Below are positions 49,118-62,983 of a stretch of DNA of 64,000 nucleotides, one piece after another; the stretch's first letter is position 1, and each line of letters opens with the position of its first letter. The stretch lies in assembly GCF_009914755.1 (NCBI RefSeq), contig NC_060925.1; one strand, given 5' to 3'. A program made the translations under genes and the position numbers. The notes below the pieces were generated by a model. It was not told the origin of the DNA and did no database searches. It saw only the letters and a list, made by a program, of their open reading frames with translations. The stretch comes from the human T2T-CHM13v2.0 reference genome, Homo sapiens.

Positions 49118-50059
49118 ACAATGAGAACACATGGACACAGGAAGGGGAACATCACACACTGGGGCCTGTTGTGGGGTGGGGGAAGTGGGGAGGCATAGCA
49201 TTAGGAGATATACCTAATGTTAAATGACGAGTTAATGGGTGCAGCACACCAACGTGGTACATGTATACATATGTAACAAACCTGCAGGTTGTGCACATGT
49301 ACCCTAAAACTTAAAGTATAATAATAAAAAAAAAAAGAAAACAGTAATTACTAGGTCAAAGTCGAGTTAAGAAAAATAGAATCACTCCAAATAATTCAAT
49401 AGAGGAAATGTAATTTAAGGAACTAATTCCACATGCTTTCAGAGAGCTAAAGGTGCAAACATGGAATAGAGAGGCAACCCAGAGACCCATTGTCACCCTT
49501 AAGGGTGGCAGGATGGATGAAAGAAGTGCTACGATCACTAAGAAGCTACCAAAGCCACATACAGGGAGATGAAAACATTGAGAAGACACAGCCTGGACAT
49601 GCTGCCTAACTAAGCAAATCCCATTCCCAATCTCTTTCCTAGTGCCTTCTGTTGGCCAGTCCTCATGGAGTGACAGAAAGGAAGAATGCATGAGAAATAT
49701 AGTTTGTAGGGTTCAGCCCCTTGCAATACAAAGAAGATCACAGCAAGTGGTGAATGGATCCAAGATCAACAAGAAAATGGCAGAAATTGATATTTATAAC
49801 TTCACTTTGAAAAGAGAGCCACAGTTGACATTCTGGCATATTTACCTGTCATCTTCTTTTTATATATTTTTCATGTGCATAATGGAGGTCATACAGGTTT
49901 TGCAAGTCGATGTTCTTTTTTCTTCACTCAGTATTATTTCTTGTGTTTTTCCGCATCATTCAAAATTTTATGAATTTGGATGCATACTCTTGCATTTTAT
50001 GGAGGTACTATAATTTATGTAGTCATTTCTTTATTATTGGACATAAAAAATGTGTCCAT

Positions 50060-51600
50060 CAAAGCAATCTTTTAAAAAAAGACCAAAATTGGAATACTTA
50101 ACAGATTTCAAGACTTATTATAGAGCTACAGTAATTAAGACAGTGCAGTTTTGGTATTAAGTTAGAAAAACAGAACAATAAAATAGATTATAGAGTCCAG
50201 AAATAGATCCCCACGCATAGGGTCATTTGACTTAAAGCTTTGCAATTCAGTATGAAGAAGACCATCTTTTCAATAAATAATGCAAGTTTTCCTTATTTTC
50301 TACATTGACACTCAGTTTACATTTATATTGAATTTATATTGAATATCAGTGTGGAAAATAAAGGAAGCTTGATCTCTACCTCAGGCCATGCACAAAAATT
50401 AATTTGAAGTAGATTAAGAACCAAAATGTGACGTCCGAAGTAATCAAGCTTCTAGCTGAAAATATAGAAGAATATCTTCCTGGCTTTGATATAGGTAAAA
50501 TGTATTAAATAAGACATAAAAAGAATTTACCCTAAAAGAAAAAAATTATAAAATTGATTTTATTAATGTTGGGAATTTCTGTTTATCAAAAAGCAAATAG
50601 GCAAGGCACAGAGTTACAGGTGCAAACAGAGGCTAGAGAAGCAACCCAGAGACCCAGGTTGGCATTATTTATAATACATATATCCAACAAATCACTCATA
50701 CTCAGAATGTATAAAGAACTCCTTCCAAAATTAAATAACAAAAACACAACCCAATTTTACAAAGGCAAAATTATCTAACAGATATTGCACAAAAGAGGCT
50801 GTTCAAATGGTCAAGCAGATGGAAAGGTGTTCAATTTCATTAGCTATAGGAGAGAAATTCAAGATAAACCCACAATTAAAAACCATTACAAACCCACCAG
50901 AATGGCTAAAATTAATAAGCCTGACAATATGAAGTACTGTCAAAGATGTGGAGTAACCGGAACTCCTCTTATAAATTAGTGATGTCATTGTAAATTGGTT
51001 CAAGCGCTTTGGAAAACAGTTTTTTAGTATCAATTAAAACTTGGATACAGCAATTCCAATTGTGGTATTTACTTATGAAAAATAAAATGATATATTCATT
51101 AAAGACATGCACAAAAATATTTAGCAACTTTATCATAATGGCTGCATACTAAAAACAACATGAGTGTCCAGCAGGAGGGTGAGTAAGCAAACTATGATAG
51201 ATTCGTACAATGAATGACTGATTCATACAATATAATAGAACACAATAATATAAAAGAACAAGCTATTGTTATACACCAAAAATGGATGAGGCTTACAAAC
51301 ATTAAGCTTGATGAAAGGATTAGTCACAAGAGAAGACCTACTATATGATTTCTTTATATGAAGTTCTTGAAAAGGCAAAATTAATCTATGTTGATGAAAA
51401 TTAGATAGTAATTACTTCTAGGTATGGACTATTGACAAGAAGGAGGCATATGGAGTACTGGAAAGGTCCTATAGCTTGATATGGGTGGTGGTTACATGGG
51501 TATATTTATATTTAAAAATGTATTGAGCTAAACACTTTAAATTTATTGAGCTAAACACTTAAGATTTGTGCACATTGCTGTAAGTAAATTTTAGCTTTAG
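50060..51600 (+). mobile_element. Old L1 (L1MC/ME-like) ORF2 3' part and 3'UTR
   Basis: 'gacttattatagagctacagtaattaagacagtg', 'cccaccagaatggctaaaatt', 'aggcaaaattaatctatg…gggtggtggttacatggg'. Confidence 0.85.
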
Positions 51601-51691
51601 AAGTATAAAAATATTTCCCAGGATAAATAATATGTTAATGCCTACCTTTGTGCCTAGATCTTAACCCATATATTTGCCTACATAAATGGTG

Positions 51692-51960
51692 AGGCAGTGT
51701 AGTATGGTATTAAGTGAGCCAACTCTGAAGTTAGACTGTATGGGTTTAAATTCTAGCACTGCAAATTGCTACCTGTGCAAGTGTAGGCATGACATGTCAA
51801 CTCTACTTTCCTTGCTTTTTTCCTCATCAGTAAAATGGGACAATAATAGTACCTACCTCACAGAGTTAATGAAGCTTAACTGTTCAACTACCTGTAAAGC
51901 ACTTAAAATAATTGCCTGTACAGACTGTACAGACTACACACTGAGTTGTGTTAGCTATTA
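51692..51960 (+). mobile_element. Near full-length MIR SINE
   Basis: 'aggcagtgtagtatggt…taaaatgggacaataatagtacctacctcacagag…gttagctatta'. Confidence 0.85.
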
Positions 51961-52514
51961 ATCTCATTTTTAGTGAAATTCTGAGATTAAAGAATAAAGT
52001 TTGAAGTTTCTTGATATGTCACAAAAGTTCTTTCCAAATAGTTTACACTTTAATCAGCAACCTCTGGAGGCCCTGGCAGATTATTAAATGAAACAAAGTG
52101 GGTTCAGGTATTACTGAATGCTAATGCAAAACAACAAATCATTTTAATTAGGAAATAACCACTCAGACTTGAAGCTTTAAGGCAAGCACAAAACAATGCT
52201 GAAGGCGGCTAGATATGGAGATTTAAAACTAACTTGCTCATGTAAACTTTTTGTTTCACAGATTCCATCTTGAAATTGCTGTCACTACTTTGGCACTTGC
52301 TTTTCATTCTGAGCCCTGTTCCTGTTGATTTTCTTCCCCAATCCCCTCCAACTTCCACTACTGCTTCCTGGCCATCCTCTTATCTTGCCCGGCACTATTC
52401 ATATGCAGTCTCTATAGCTGCTATCAAGTCTTTTTCTTAAATAAATGGTGAAAAAGGGAATTCCAGGCAGAGGAATTAGCACAAGCAAAGATACAAAGGA
52501 GAACTTTTATTAAA

Positions 52515-52680
52515 GCTTATATTATAACTAATCTAGAGACTACTTAAAGTATATGGAAGGATGTGCATAGGTTACATGCAAATACTACACCATTTCATAT
52601 CAGGGACTTGAGCATCTGCAGATTTTGGTGTCTGAGGGGTCCTGGAACCAAACCACCATGGATAACAAGGGCCAATGATA
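52515..52680 (+). mobile_element. MER2-like (TcMar-Tigger) 3' fragment
   Basis: 'taatctagag…gcaaatactacaccattt…gggacttgagcatc…ggtcctggaacca'. Confidence 0.8.
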
Positions 52681-52708
52681 CTTGGTAAGTATTTGCCAAA
52701 TGAATGAG

Positions 52709-52710
<2 letters not shown>

Positions 52711-52739
<29 letters not shown>

Positions 52740-52768
52740 CAAATGCACATGCCTGTGTGTGCGTGTGT
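52711..52768 (+). repeat. (GT)n microsatellite
   Basis: Seen directly. Confidence 0.95.
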
Positions 52769-52799
52769 ACCTAGGCCCCTTGAAAAATTATAAATGCCA

Positions 52800-53290
52800 G
52801 ATGTGCTGGTTAATCTCCATTTGCCCTCTCTCCCAGATCCATTCTTTCTGTTTTTTTTTGCCTAGCTCTATGTTTTGGGATGCTAACTTTGTCAGGTTAC
52901 ATCACATTTGCAATTGGCTTCCAGTTGAGTTCAGCCAATGGGAAGCACCAATGGAAAACAGGAAAACCAGAGCAGAGAGAGGCTGAGACGTTTCTTTGCT
53001 GCTCCCTCCTTGCTTTGGTGCCCTTTTTCTGGCAGCAGCTGTGACCCTCTTCGTGACCCTCTGCAGCTCTTGCTGAAAAGGTGCCTCTCCATGCTTACTG
53101 GCTTATCATACGCTATTTCTTCCCTGCCCCCTTTGGCTTTAAGGGACACAATGGCTTCTCACCATTAATATTCTCAGGGTACCTCAAAATCCATTGTTTA
53201 CTTTCTTAACTTTGCCTTTATTAGTCCTTCATTACAGTCTCTCCCTTTAGACCATAGGAATGAATTCTGATTCCTGCAGAGAACCTGACA
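52800..53290 (+). mobile_element. LTR33-like ERVL solo LTR
   Basis: 'tggcttccagttgagttcagccaatgggaagcacc…agtccttcatta…ttcctgcagagaacctgaca'. Confidence 0.6.
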
Positions 53291-56200
53291 ATGCACTTTA
53301 AAAATGAAGATTGTTTGCCTCTCCACCCCCCCAGCTGCCAGCCCTAGTTTAGGGGGAGTCCCTGGTTGCCCAGCACTTACTGCTCTACTTACTGATCTCT
53401 CTTCCCCTACTGGACAGTGAGCATCTTGAGGGCAGAGAAAACATCTTCTCTATCTCTGCATCCCCAGGCTCTAAGACAGTGCCTGGTCTACACTAAATAC
53501 TTAATGCAATAGTTATTGGTCCCCCATCTCATCTGTAACATGAAAGCACTTAGGCTGAACCATCTCTAAAATCATTTTTAAGTCTTCTTAAGCAAATAAG
53601 GCAAAGAAAATATTCTTTTCTCAATCCCCCCAACCCCACCCCCACCCTTCTGGAAGCATTGCCCAAGAAGATGCAAACACATTTGCCTTTTCTGGGATGA
53701 TGTTGAAGTTGTCTCTCAGGGAGTAGATGCCTTAGGAAGTCCATATTGAGCAATTTATATTGGAGAAAAGATTTACCACAAAATATCACAGTTCAGATCA
53801 GATTTAATAGACCCATAAATGGCTGCTTAACAAGGACATTTGGTTACTGTTACATTAAGTTTCCTAAGGGACTTTGTTCTGTTCTACCAAAAGCCTGCAA
53901 AGAGCTATAAAGCACAAGCCTTCCAAATTTGATAAAAGAAAATTCAGTTCTTTTTGGAAATTGTTATTCTTAAGTGACAGTATGAAAACAAGCCTCAAAT
54001 GTTTTCTTTTCCAGGCACTTCCTTCATGTATTTTGGAGAAAGTTTGGCCTAACTTACAAGGAAACCCCTTAATTGTCCCTTAAAAGTAGAATTGCGTCAT
54101 TGTGGATAAGACATGGTGTTCAAATAGCTCCCTGGGGGCTGAACTGTTGGAAACTCAGCAGGATTTTAATTGTAAGCAGACAATTTGTTTTGGATTGTAT
54201 GCAGAGCATGAAAATGTAACTGCTATAGGATCTAACAACATATAAGGGGATTAAAGTCTGGTGTTTCTCCACTGCTTTACTTCTTGGTTCCAGCCATCTC
54301 TGAGTGATGAACTCGTCCTCTAAGGTTATTCTGGGTCCTTTTGAAAATCTGAAATATATTACTTACTAGATCCTGAGCACTTTGAAAGCAGTGCCAGTCT
54401 TACTCCCTCCTATATGGCCAGTGCCTAACGTTGTGCCTGGATCATCTGTGCCCAATCAATTTAGTATATTTCAGCAACTTTAAGACATACTTCTTTCTAT
54501 AGTTTAAAAACTCTAAAATGGGAATGCCTCATAAAGTTGATTAATCAGCTTCTCCTTTCTCAGTGGTACATGAAATCATAATGCATATTGCAGTTGATGA
54601 TATCTTAGCTTCTGCGAAATGTGGAATGCTGAAAGCCTACGGTGAGCCAGATTCTGTGTCAAGTCCTTTAATGCATTATTCATTACACCATAGGATAATA
54701 ACTCCCTATGGTAGGTATTATTATCTCCATTTGAGAGATAAGGCTCAGAGTAGCATAGTCAATAGCCCAACCTCACAATTTCTGCTTGGAAAAATGAACT
54801 CAAAGTCTGCTACCAAGGCCCATAATCTTTCTATCAGATTGTGCTGTCTCCCAGCGGAAACTTTAGATAAATATATTTTAGAATCAATATGTTAAAATCT
54901 AGGATCCTTCATTACAGTTTTGATTTCATTTATCCTGGTGATCAACTCAAGCAATAAATGCCATCCCAATGGGCTCTCAAAAGTGGTCAACATATATTAA
55001 CCAGTTTGTGTTCTTAGTGACAGAGTGACAGAAACCCATCTTAAACCAAATAAAGCAAATGTAGAATGCACTGGAAGTATCCATGGGTATCTCACAGTTC
55101 CAAGGCTGGGTGAAGGTTGGATATAGTTGGGGCTCAGGAACAACTGAAATCTGACAGCTGGCAGGTTGACCATGTTGACAGGACAATATCTTATTTCTGC
55201 TTCTATGTACAGCTTCATTCTTCTCTTTTGCTGTAGGCTTATGTTTCACACAAATCAAATCCATGGCTCTTGACAGCTTCAGAGAGCTGTATCTTAGAGC
55301 TTCAGCTATAGGAAACAGGTTGATACAACTCTTTCTAACCCAAACCTAAAAACCCCAAGGAACCCACTCATTGGCCCAGGGTCCAAGTCTATATACCCCT
55401 GGACCAAGCAATGAGGCCTCAGCTGTAGTCACACTGCATTAAGGTGGTCAATCTTACAGTAACTATGTGAAGGGAGGAGGGGGAAAGAAGGGCAAGTCTC
55501 AGAAAACAACAGTAGTAGGCAAAAGTCCCTGAATGTCTGTTTTTTGAAGCCACTAGGAATGTCTGGAAGCCATGTTTATAGATCAGCAAAGAAAGGAAAA
55601 GTATTTCCATCTGTGGAGGCTGGTGAGAAATGGAATTTAAGATAGGCCTTAAGGATGGTTAGGATTTGGCTATGTGGAGATGGGAGGAGGGAACTTGAAA
55701 ATAGCATGACAAATAGTCATGATAACCACCCAAGGAAATATGTGCATAATTATAAATTAAAATCAGTGGTAAGGAGGAGATATATATAAGTTAGGGGCAA
55801 GAAGACTTGACTTTGTCTGCGGGATTAGGGACAGCTGTCTTGAATAAGTGACATTGAACAGGCAATCACAAGGTGAAGACCAGAGATGCTGGAAAGAGCA
55901 ACTCTAGGCAGAAGGAAGACATGTGACAAAGATCCTGAGGTTGAGGGACCATAGCAAGACGGTGGCTCTGAAAGGACCAACCTACTTCTAGTCTTTCTGG
56001 GTCTCAGTTGAAGACCACAAGACCCCTTTGTGCTATCCCAATCAGGTAATTTACCTGCTTACAGCTCTTCTCTTACTCCCTACCTACCACCTACTGCAGC
56101 ACTTCCCAACTGCCCTAGCATGCACTGCCCTGCCACAGGGGGCTTACAGTCGCTTAAGATACCAGTCTTCTCCCTGGGGCCAAGCATCCTTCTCCATTTA

Positions 56201-56310
56201 CTCCGGTGTACCCTACAAAACCAAAAATACAACAATTTTCTATGTGTACCATAGTGGTTCATTTTATGTGTGAACTTGACTGGGCTAAGGGATGCCCCAA
56301 AAGCTGGTAA

Positions 56311-56624
<314 letters not shown>

Positions 56625-57085
56625 GGAGGGTTCTTCCAGAAAAGATTAGCAGTTGAATAGTAGACTGAGTAAAAAAGATGTCCCCTCACCAGTGTGGGTG
56701 GCACAATCTAATCCCTTGAGGGTCCAAATAGAACAAAAAGATGGAGGAAGAACAAATTTTCTTTTCCTTCTTGAGCCGGAACATCCATCTTCTCCTACCC
56801 ATGAACATTGAAGCTTTCGGTTCTCAGGCCTTCAGACTCTGGGATGTGGACCAGTGAGGGCACGCTCTCTCCTCCAATTCCATCCCCATTCCCTGGGATG
56901 GTTCTCAGGCCTTCAGCTTTGGGCTAGGAGTTATCACATCAGCTCCCTTGGTTCAGGCGTTCAGACTTGAACTGAAGTACTGAATTACACTACCAGCTTT
57001 TTTCAGTCCAGCTGGCAGACGATATATCTTAGGACTTCTCAGCTTCCGTAACTACATGAGCTGGTTCCCCTATGAAATATCCTCT

Positions 57086-57086
<1 letters not shown>

Positions 57087-57143
<57 letters not shown>

Positions 57144-57150
57144 ATCTATC
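57087..57150 (+). repeat. (TATC)n tetranucleotide STR
   Basis: About 13-14 perfect units seen directly. Confidence 0.97.
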
Positions 57151-58736
57151 TTCTACTGGTTCTGCTTCTCTGGAGAACCTAATACATGTACCATGATGTG
57201 ATAAAAGCTGAGAATCACTGAAGAAAATAAAACTCAAATACCTAGTTTACAACTTAGGTTTCCTCTTTAATTTCACTTCCAGGCATATTCACCACAATCT
57301 TTTAGTTCACCTTCCTAATGTAAGAGAAGTATATGAAACTTGATGATGACCTAGTATAATGTACCTTTCACCCACCTTCTGTACTTGCTTTGAGATTGAC
57401 ATTTCTAGGTGCCTCACAAACTAATTCCTGGTGATACAGACCTTTGTCTACACTCTCCTCTTTTCTATGCACAACAGCCATAACAAATTTCTTTCATATT
57501 TTTCTCCCAGAACGCCCACCACAACATCCCCATCAAACAAAATTATTTTACACTTCTGTACCTTTGTACTTATTCCCCCTTCTTGGAATGCCCTGATCCA
57601 AAGCCCTTGGAGCCCTAGTGCTGAGGAATATTAATAAATATCATGAAAAAATAAATATTATTGTATTTGTGAACAAAGAAGATTAGGCCCTAGGTTGAAC
57701 AGGGTTAAATGGTGCCTTCACCACAGAATTTCTCAGAGCTATAGACAGGGTACGTTGCAGTGTGAATTTCTAGGAAGGGTATTTGGTATCCTGGGTTTCT
57801 CCAAACTACTTAACCACAAAGTCATTGTCGGTAGAACATCTGTGGGAGTAGAAATGCTCCCAAGGTCACATAGATGAGAATATGTGGATATGTGGGATTT
57901 GAATTTAGGATGGAAAGAAGTAGAGAAGAAAAAGGAGAAAGAGAAGCAGACAGCAAAGGCAGACGAGAAAAAGGAAGAAGAGAAAGATGAAGATCCCTCT
58001 CCAAAATCTGGAAATTTGCCAAGTTGTCCCTATCTATAAGTAATTATTTTCTTCCTTGGCAGAGTCCCCCAGGGTTGGGCTGTATGTGGAGGGTGAAAAA
58101 TACGCAAACAAAGCCTGTCCTACTGCCAATCAGAGGCAGGCCTTGTTAGTAACCATCCTAGTGGGTGAGGAGTGAGTCTCTGCTTTCCTGTCAAGTTCCC
58201 AGCTGCAGGAAGGATTGCCGGCACTTACAACTCGGCTGTGATGATGCCTTTTGCAGCACCTTTCCTTCCTAATCTCAAACAATAGCCCTTCTTGCACTGA
58301 TCAGAGTTCACTTAAAGAATAAGATTTAAAAAGCAGGTGACCGTTGGCATTATTACTTGATTATTTTACCAGAATTGTGTTTGCCACCAAGTTGAAATTA
58401 GTGTTTTAACCACTAGAACCAATAATATATTAATTAATGTTATTAGTCATGATTACCAAATATTAAGCATCTTCTATGTATCAGGAACAGTGCAAGGTAA
58501 TGTGCTTAGTGAGTATTCAAACAATGGTAGCAAAATTTTTATAAGTATGCTTTCTTTGTCCTCATAACTGTATGACCTGCTTTACCAACTTGGGGTTCAA
58601 TTAATGTCACATTATTATTATTTAAAATTAAGATGAGCTTAGCTCAGGCTCCCCTCTCTTTTTGCTTCCTCCTTTTAAATTGCTTTCTTAATCCAAAAGC
58701 CCAGTACTGTTTGTAACACCCCTGTCATCAGAAGAC

Positions 58737-59412
58737 TGATAAGGTTCATAAATTTTAAAAGGAGAGCTTTATTTTTCATAGTGTTGCAGCCTACAGGGTG
58801 GACACTCTGACAGGCTGAGAAGCGTAGCCTCTGGTCAGAAGCCAGAAACAGGCACCTTGAGAGAGAGGCAACGGGAACAGGAATTTATGCTGAGCAGAGT
58901 GACCAAATACACATATTTAATAAGCTGTTGGAGGAGTCCTAAATACTTATGAAAGGAGAAGTGTGTGCATAGCAAGTAAGCTTCATGCTTCCCCAGGGAG
59001 CCCATGTTAAAAAGGAAATGGTTGTGTTTGCATGATCTGAGGGTGGAATTTTCAGCCCTCTGACATTAAAAGTGAAAAAGAGGATATGAAAAACCTTACT
59101 GCGCATTCTCCGTAGACTGGCCAGAACCACTCTATGGTTCTCTTATCATGCCAAATATAAGGGGCAGTGTAATGCAGTTGGTTATCAGTGATGGAGTCTT
59201 TTAAAAGCGCTGGTTTCTGCTTAGCCCTTAGAAAAGAAACCCTAATGGCAGTTAGCAAGGGAGGGCATATAATGAGGTGTGCCTGACCTCCCATCCCAAG
59301 TCATGTCCAAAAACTCAGTTTTCAAGGTTTCTCTGGGGTTTACTTGGCCAAACAATGGTCCTTTCAGTCAGTTGAGGGGCTTAGAATCTTATTTTTATTC
59401 TTAGTCCTCACA
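58737..59412 (-). mobile_element. ERV1 MER4-group LTR (MER39-like)
   Basis: Minus strand begins tgtgaggac…aataagattctaagcccctcaactgactgaa…ggccaag…ccccagagaaaccttgaaaactgag. Confidence 0.7.
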
Positions 59413-60372
59413 GGGAAGTTAGGAGAGTCTGGTCTGTCTATGAGTGGCTCTATTTTCAGTAACTTTAGCTTCTGACACTATTACATGAGGTCATCATCAC
59501 AGTCTGGTCCTTTCTAGTTATTTTCATTCTCACTTTCTGCCTCAGTGATATCCAGCTTAGTCCCATTCAAAGGTGCAGGAGATCTTTTAAATAAGGACAA
59601 TACAACTTTCCCAGTGTTATTCTTGGCCAAAGGTGCTCCACACAGATGCTCCCAACTATCCTCAAATCATGCCCACCAGCACAATCACAGGCCACATATG
59701 TGGTTGAAATGAATCTTCTTTTGTGACCATCTAAGTGCTGGTATTAAACCTGTATCATCAGTTCAGAAATGTCCTCATAGGTAGATCCTGTTAGGAAACC
59801 TCTGTGTCCTTTGTGCCAGTAGACTTCAGCTGGGACCATCTGTAATTATTGGAAAGAGTGTAATAAATTTGAGAATCCAAAGAAAAGTCCAGATCTCAAG
59901 TCTTTCATGCCCAGGACCATTTGGGTTTCTATGCAAATTTGCCTACTTCTATCCAAGTGATCCTCTCAGCATAGCAAGGCAGGCAGCCTGTCTAAGCAAT
60001 AGAAGATGATTCTTACAGAATTCCTTCCAGTTGTGGGTCCCCACTGCCTTATGTTTGCAACTTAGAAGGGCCATCAAGTGAAGGCACTTTTCTCAGAACA
60101 AAGAAGAAATGACAGTTTATTTTTAAAAATCTATTTTGTATCCACCTAATCAGGCACTCCACTATAGTTAGACTTCTATCCTTTGTCTGGCTTACTGGCT
60201 CTTTCTCTTTTTCTAATGCTCTAAATGTGAGTTCATAACCCTCTGCTTTTTTTTCTTTCACTTAGCAACTGAATCCCAGCTCCTAGCATCGAATGTGACT
60301 CTACAAGTCTCATTCCCTTCCCTGAGCTCTGTTGTGTACCACCCTCCTGGAGTCTGTCACTTAGATGGTACC

Positions 60373-60790
60373 TGTATTAATCCATTTTTGCATTACTATA
60401 AAAGTCTCTATAGTCTCTATCTGAGACTCTAGTAATTTGTAAAGAAAATAGGTTAATTGGCTCATGGTTCTGCAGGCTGTACAGGAACCCTGGTACTAGC
60501 ATCTGCCTGTGATGAGGGCCCCAGGAAGCTTACAGTCATGGCAGAAGGCAAAGGGGAAAGCAGCACATCTCCTGGGTAGAGAGGTAGGAAAGAGAGAAAG
60601 GGGAGGTGTCACGCTCTTTTAAACAATCAGATCTTGGTGAACTCAGAGTGAGAACTCATTCATTACTGTGACAATGGCACCAAACCATCCTGACGGATTC
60701 ACCCCTATGGCCCAAATACCTCCCACCTCCAAGACCAGGGATCATACTTCAACATGAGATTTAGAGGAGACACATATCCAAACCATATCA
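60373..60790 (-). mobile_element. MST (MSTB-like) solo LTR
   Basis: tgtattaatcca…ccaaaccatatca; perfect TSD gtacc at 60368-60372 and 60791-60795. Confidence 0.9.
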
Positions 60791-61205
60791 GTACCCAATA
60801 CACTTTTATTGATTACATTCCTTATCTCTAAATGCCAAAGAATGTCTTCCATTTGTATACCCCTCTTTCATCAGAAACTAAGCCTGTCTAAAACAGCTTT
60901 TCTTCCAATAGATATCGACTCTTTCCAAGTATAGTCAGTGGTGCCACCAATTTCTCAACCACATTGCAAGTCTGGAGGAGCATCTTGGTCAATTCCTCCC
61001 TTCCACCTACTCATCTACTCTGGCCAGTTTCCTTATCTGTAAAGTGGGGAGAATATCTACCTCCTAGGATTCTTGTTTAGACTAAATGTGTTAACATGTA
61101 AAAAGCACCAGAACAATACCTAATATATAGAAGCCAATACATGATAACTATTATTATTTTTATATTTAGAAACCAAAATTACTACATATGGTGTGACATG
61201 GAACT

Positions 61206-61996
61206 TGTTATAGACACCCTGAAGATATAGGATGGATCCCCACCCAAAATGTGGTTTGCACAAGAGTGATGGCATCACACATGCCCCAAGAGGGAATGAA
61301 AAGGTTTGTTACTCATATAATGAGGCTTTCTTGGGAGGGCAGATTACCTTCAGGCAGGTAAGAAAGTGGCTTGAGAGAGAAGGAAAAGGAGACTTGGGGT
61401 TTATATGGTGGCTGGGGTGTGGCTAAGGTGAGGGTTCCCATGCATGGTTTGAGTTTCCCACTGTGGCAAAGCAGGGGTTACTGGTCTTTCTTACCAGCTT
61501 GCCCAGATGTGAGAAAAAGGAGAAGAGGGAGGATAAGGCTTAAAAGCTGTCAGCAGTGTTAAAGTTTATGAAAGGCCATTGTTTTGGACTGAGCTTCTGC
61601 ACGGTTCCAACAGACCAGACCAAACCAGAAAGGACGCATTCATGTAAGGTGCCATGCAATCAAACTAGACTCTGAAATAGAGCAGTTTAAACAACAAAAC
61701 AGGAGAATCATAGCAACCAACCAGAAGGAGCCATTTACCTGAGCTGCATAATGGAGTCCCTCTAATTTAATCCTATAAGAAAATAACTGTGAAAGGACCA
61801 ATTCTCTTTTCATTCTCTTTTCCTGCTTTCTTCAGTCTTTTTCTGCCCATAAAACTAACCCCCTCTGCTCAGTTCATCAAAATTCTACATTCTAGAATCA
61901 TAAATAGAAGCCGATTCAATCTTTAAATTTGTTGCAATTTTGTCTTTTGACAACAATCAAACATTACAAAAAAGTAGAGTCAGACTCTTCGTCACA
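61206..61996. mobile_element. Old LTR with a second ERV1-type LTR (MER67-like, ~61557-61952) nested inside
   Basis: Outer 'aaaggtttgttactcatataatgaggc…gagtcagactcttcgtcaca'; inner 'ccattgttttggactgagc…cagaccagaccaaacc…gtcttttgaca'. Confidence 0.55.
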
Positions 61997-62270
61997 GAAA
62001 TAGTAGGGCAGATCACAACCAATCAGCTACAAGATATTTTCAATTTTTCATTTGAATTGTCTTTAATATGCATTTCCTCCTTCCCCTTCCCATAATCTTG
62101 ATTGAAGATCCTAATCATTTCAACTATAAGTAACACAAACTCTCTGGCTTCTCTATCTCTATTTGTCCTTTCTTCTCTTGCCCTTCCTGCTCTCAACCAT
62201 CTTTTTGCCAACGTAATAACTCAAAGATGAGTTTTCCTTCTCTCTGCAAAGTTTAAAGTGGTTTCCCATT

Positions 62271-62796
62271 TGATGGTTTTGAAACACACTCCAAAAATTC
62301 TTTGACACCCTCCCCAGAAAGAGGCAAGGTCTATGTCCCCTACCCTTAATTCTGTTTTAACCAATGAGGTACAGCAGAAGGAATGTATGTGATTTTCCAA
62401 ACTTGGTCAGTAAAGGCCATGTAGGTCTACCTGATTTTCTTAGGATTCTTCCCCTGGGGGAAGCCAGATACCCCCTAAGAGGTCTGACTCCCTGAGATCC
62501 CCATGTTATACCGGGTATGTGCAGGGTCTCCTGTTGATAGCCTCAGCTGAGCTCCCAGCCGGGAGCCAGCATCAACTACTGCCATGTGAATGAGCCATCT
62601 TGGGCATCCAGCCTAATCAGCCTTTAGATGGTTATAACCTCAGCAGGTATCTGACTGCAATCTAGGAGAGACCCAAAGCAAAAACTTCATAGTAAGCCCT
62701 TCCCAAAGTCTAACCTACAACACTAAGTAAGTTAAATGGTTACTGCTTTACATTTCTAGTTTTAGGTAATTCATTATGCAACATTATAACTGAAAC
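62271..62796 (+). mobile_element. MLT1G/H-like solo LTR
   Basis: 'aaattctttgacacc…ccatgtgaatgagccatcttgg…ttatgcaacattataactgaaaca'. Confidence 0.8.
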
Positions 62797-62983
62797 ACCC
62801 TTATTTAGGCATGAAAAAATTAGGACTGCCAACATATATATAGTTTTTTAATTATAGAGAAAAATAAAGTGAACACATGTCCAAGATCAATCTAATTCAT
62901 GAATGAAAAAGCACATTTGTAAAGATCATCTACAAAAACGTGTGAGACACTGGTGTTTATATGCACTGAAGAAGGAATGCTGG

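Noticed and set aside
56128-56146. CTCF-like 'tgccacagggggct'
   Set aside because: Spacing is one base short of the core consensus and it lies in a transposon fossil; cannot be supported without data.
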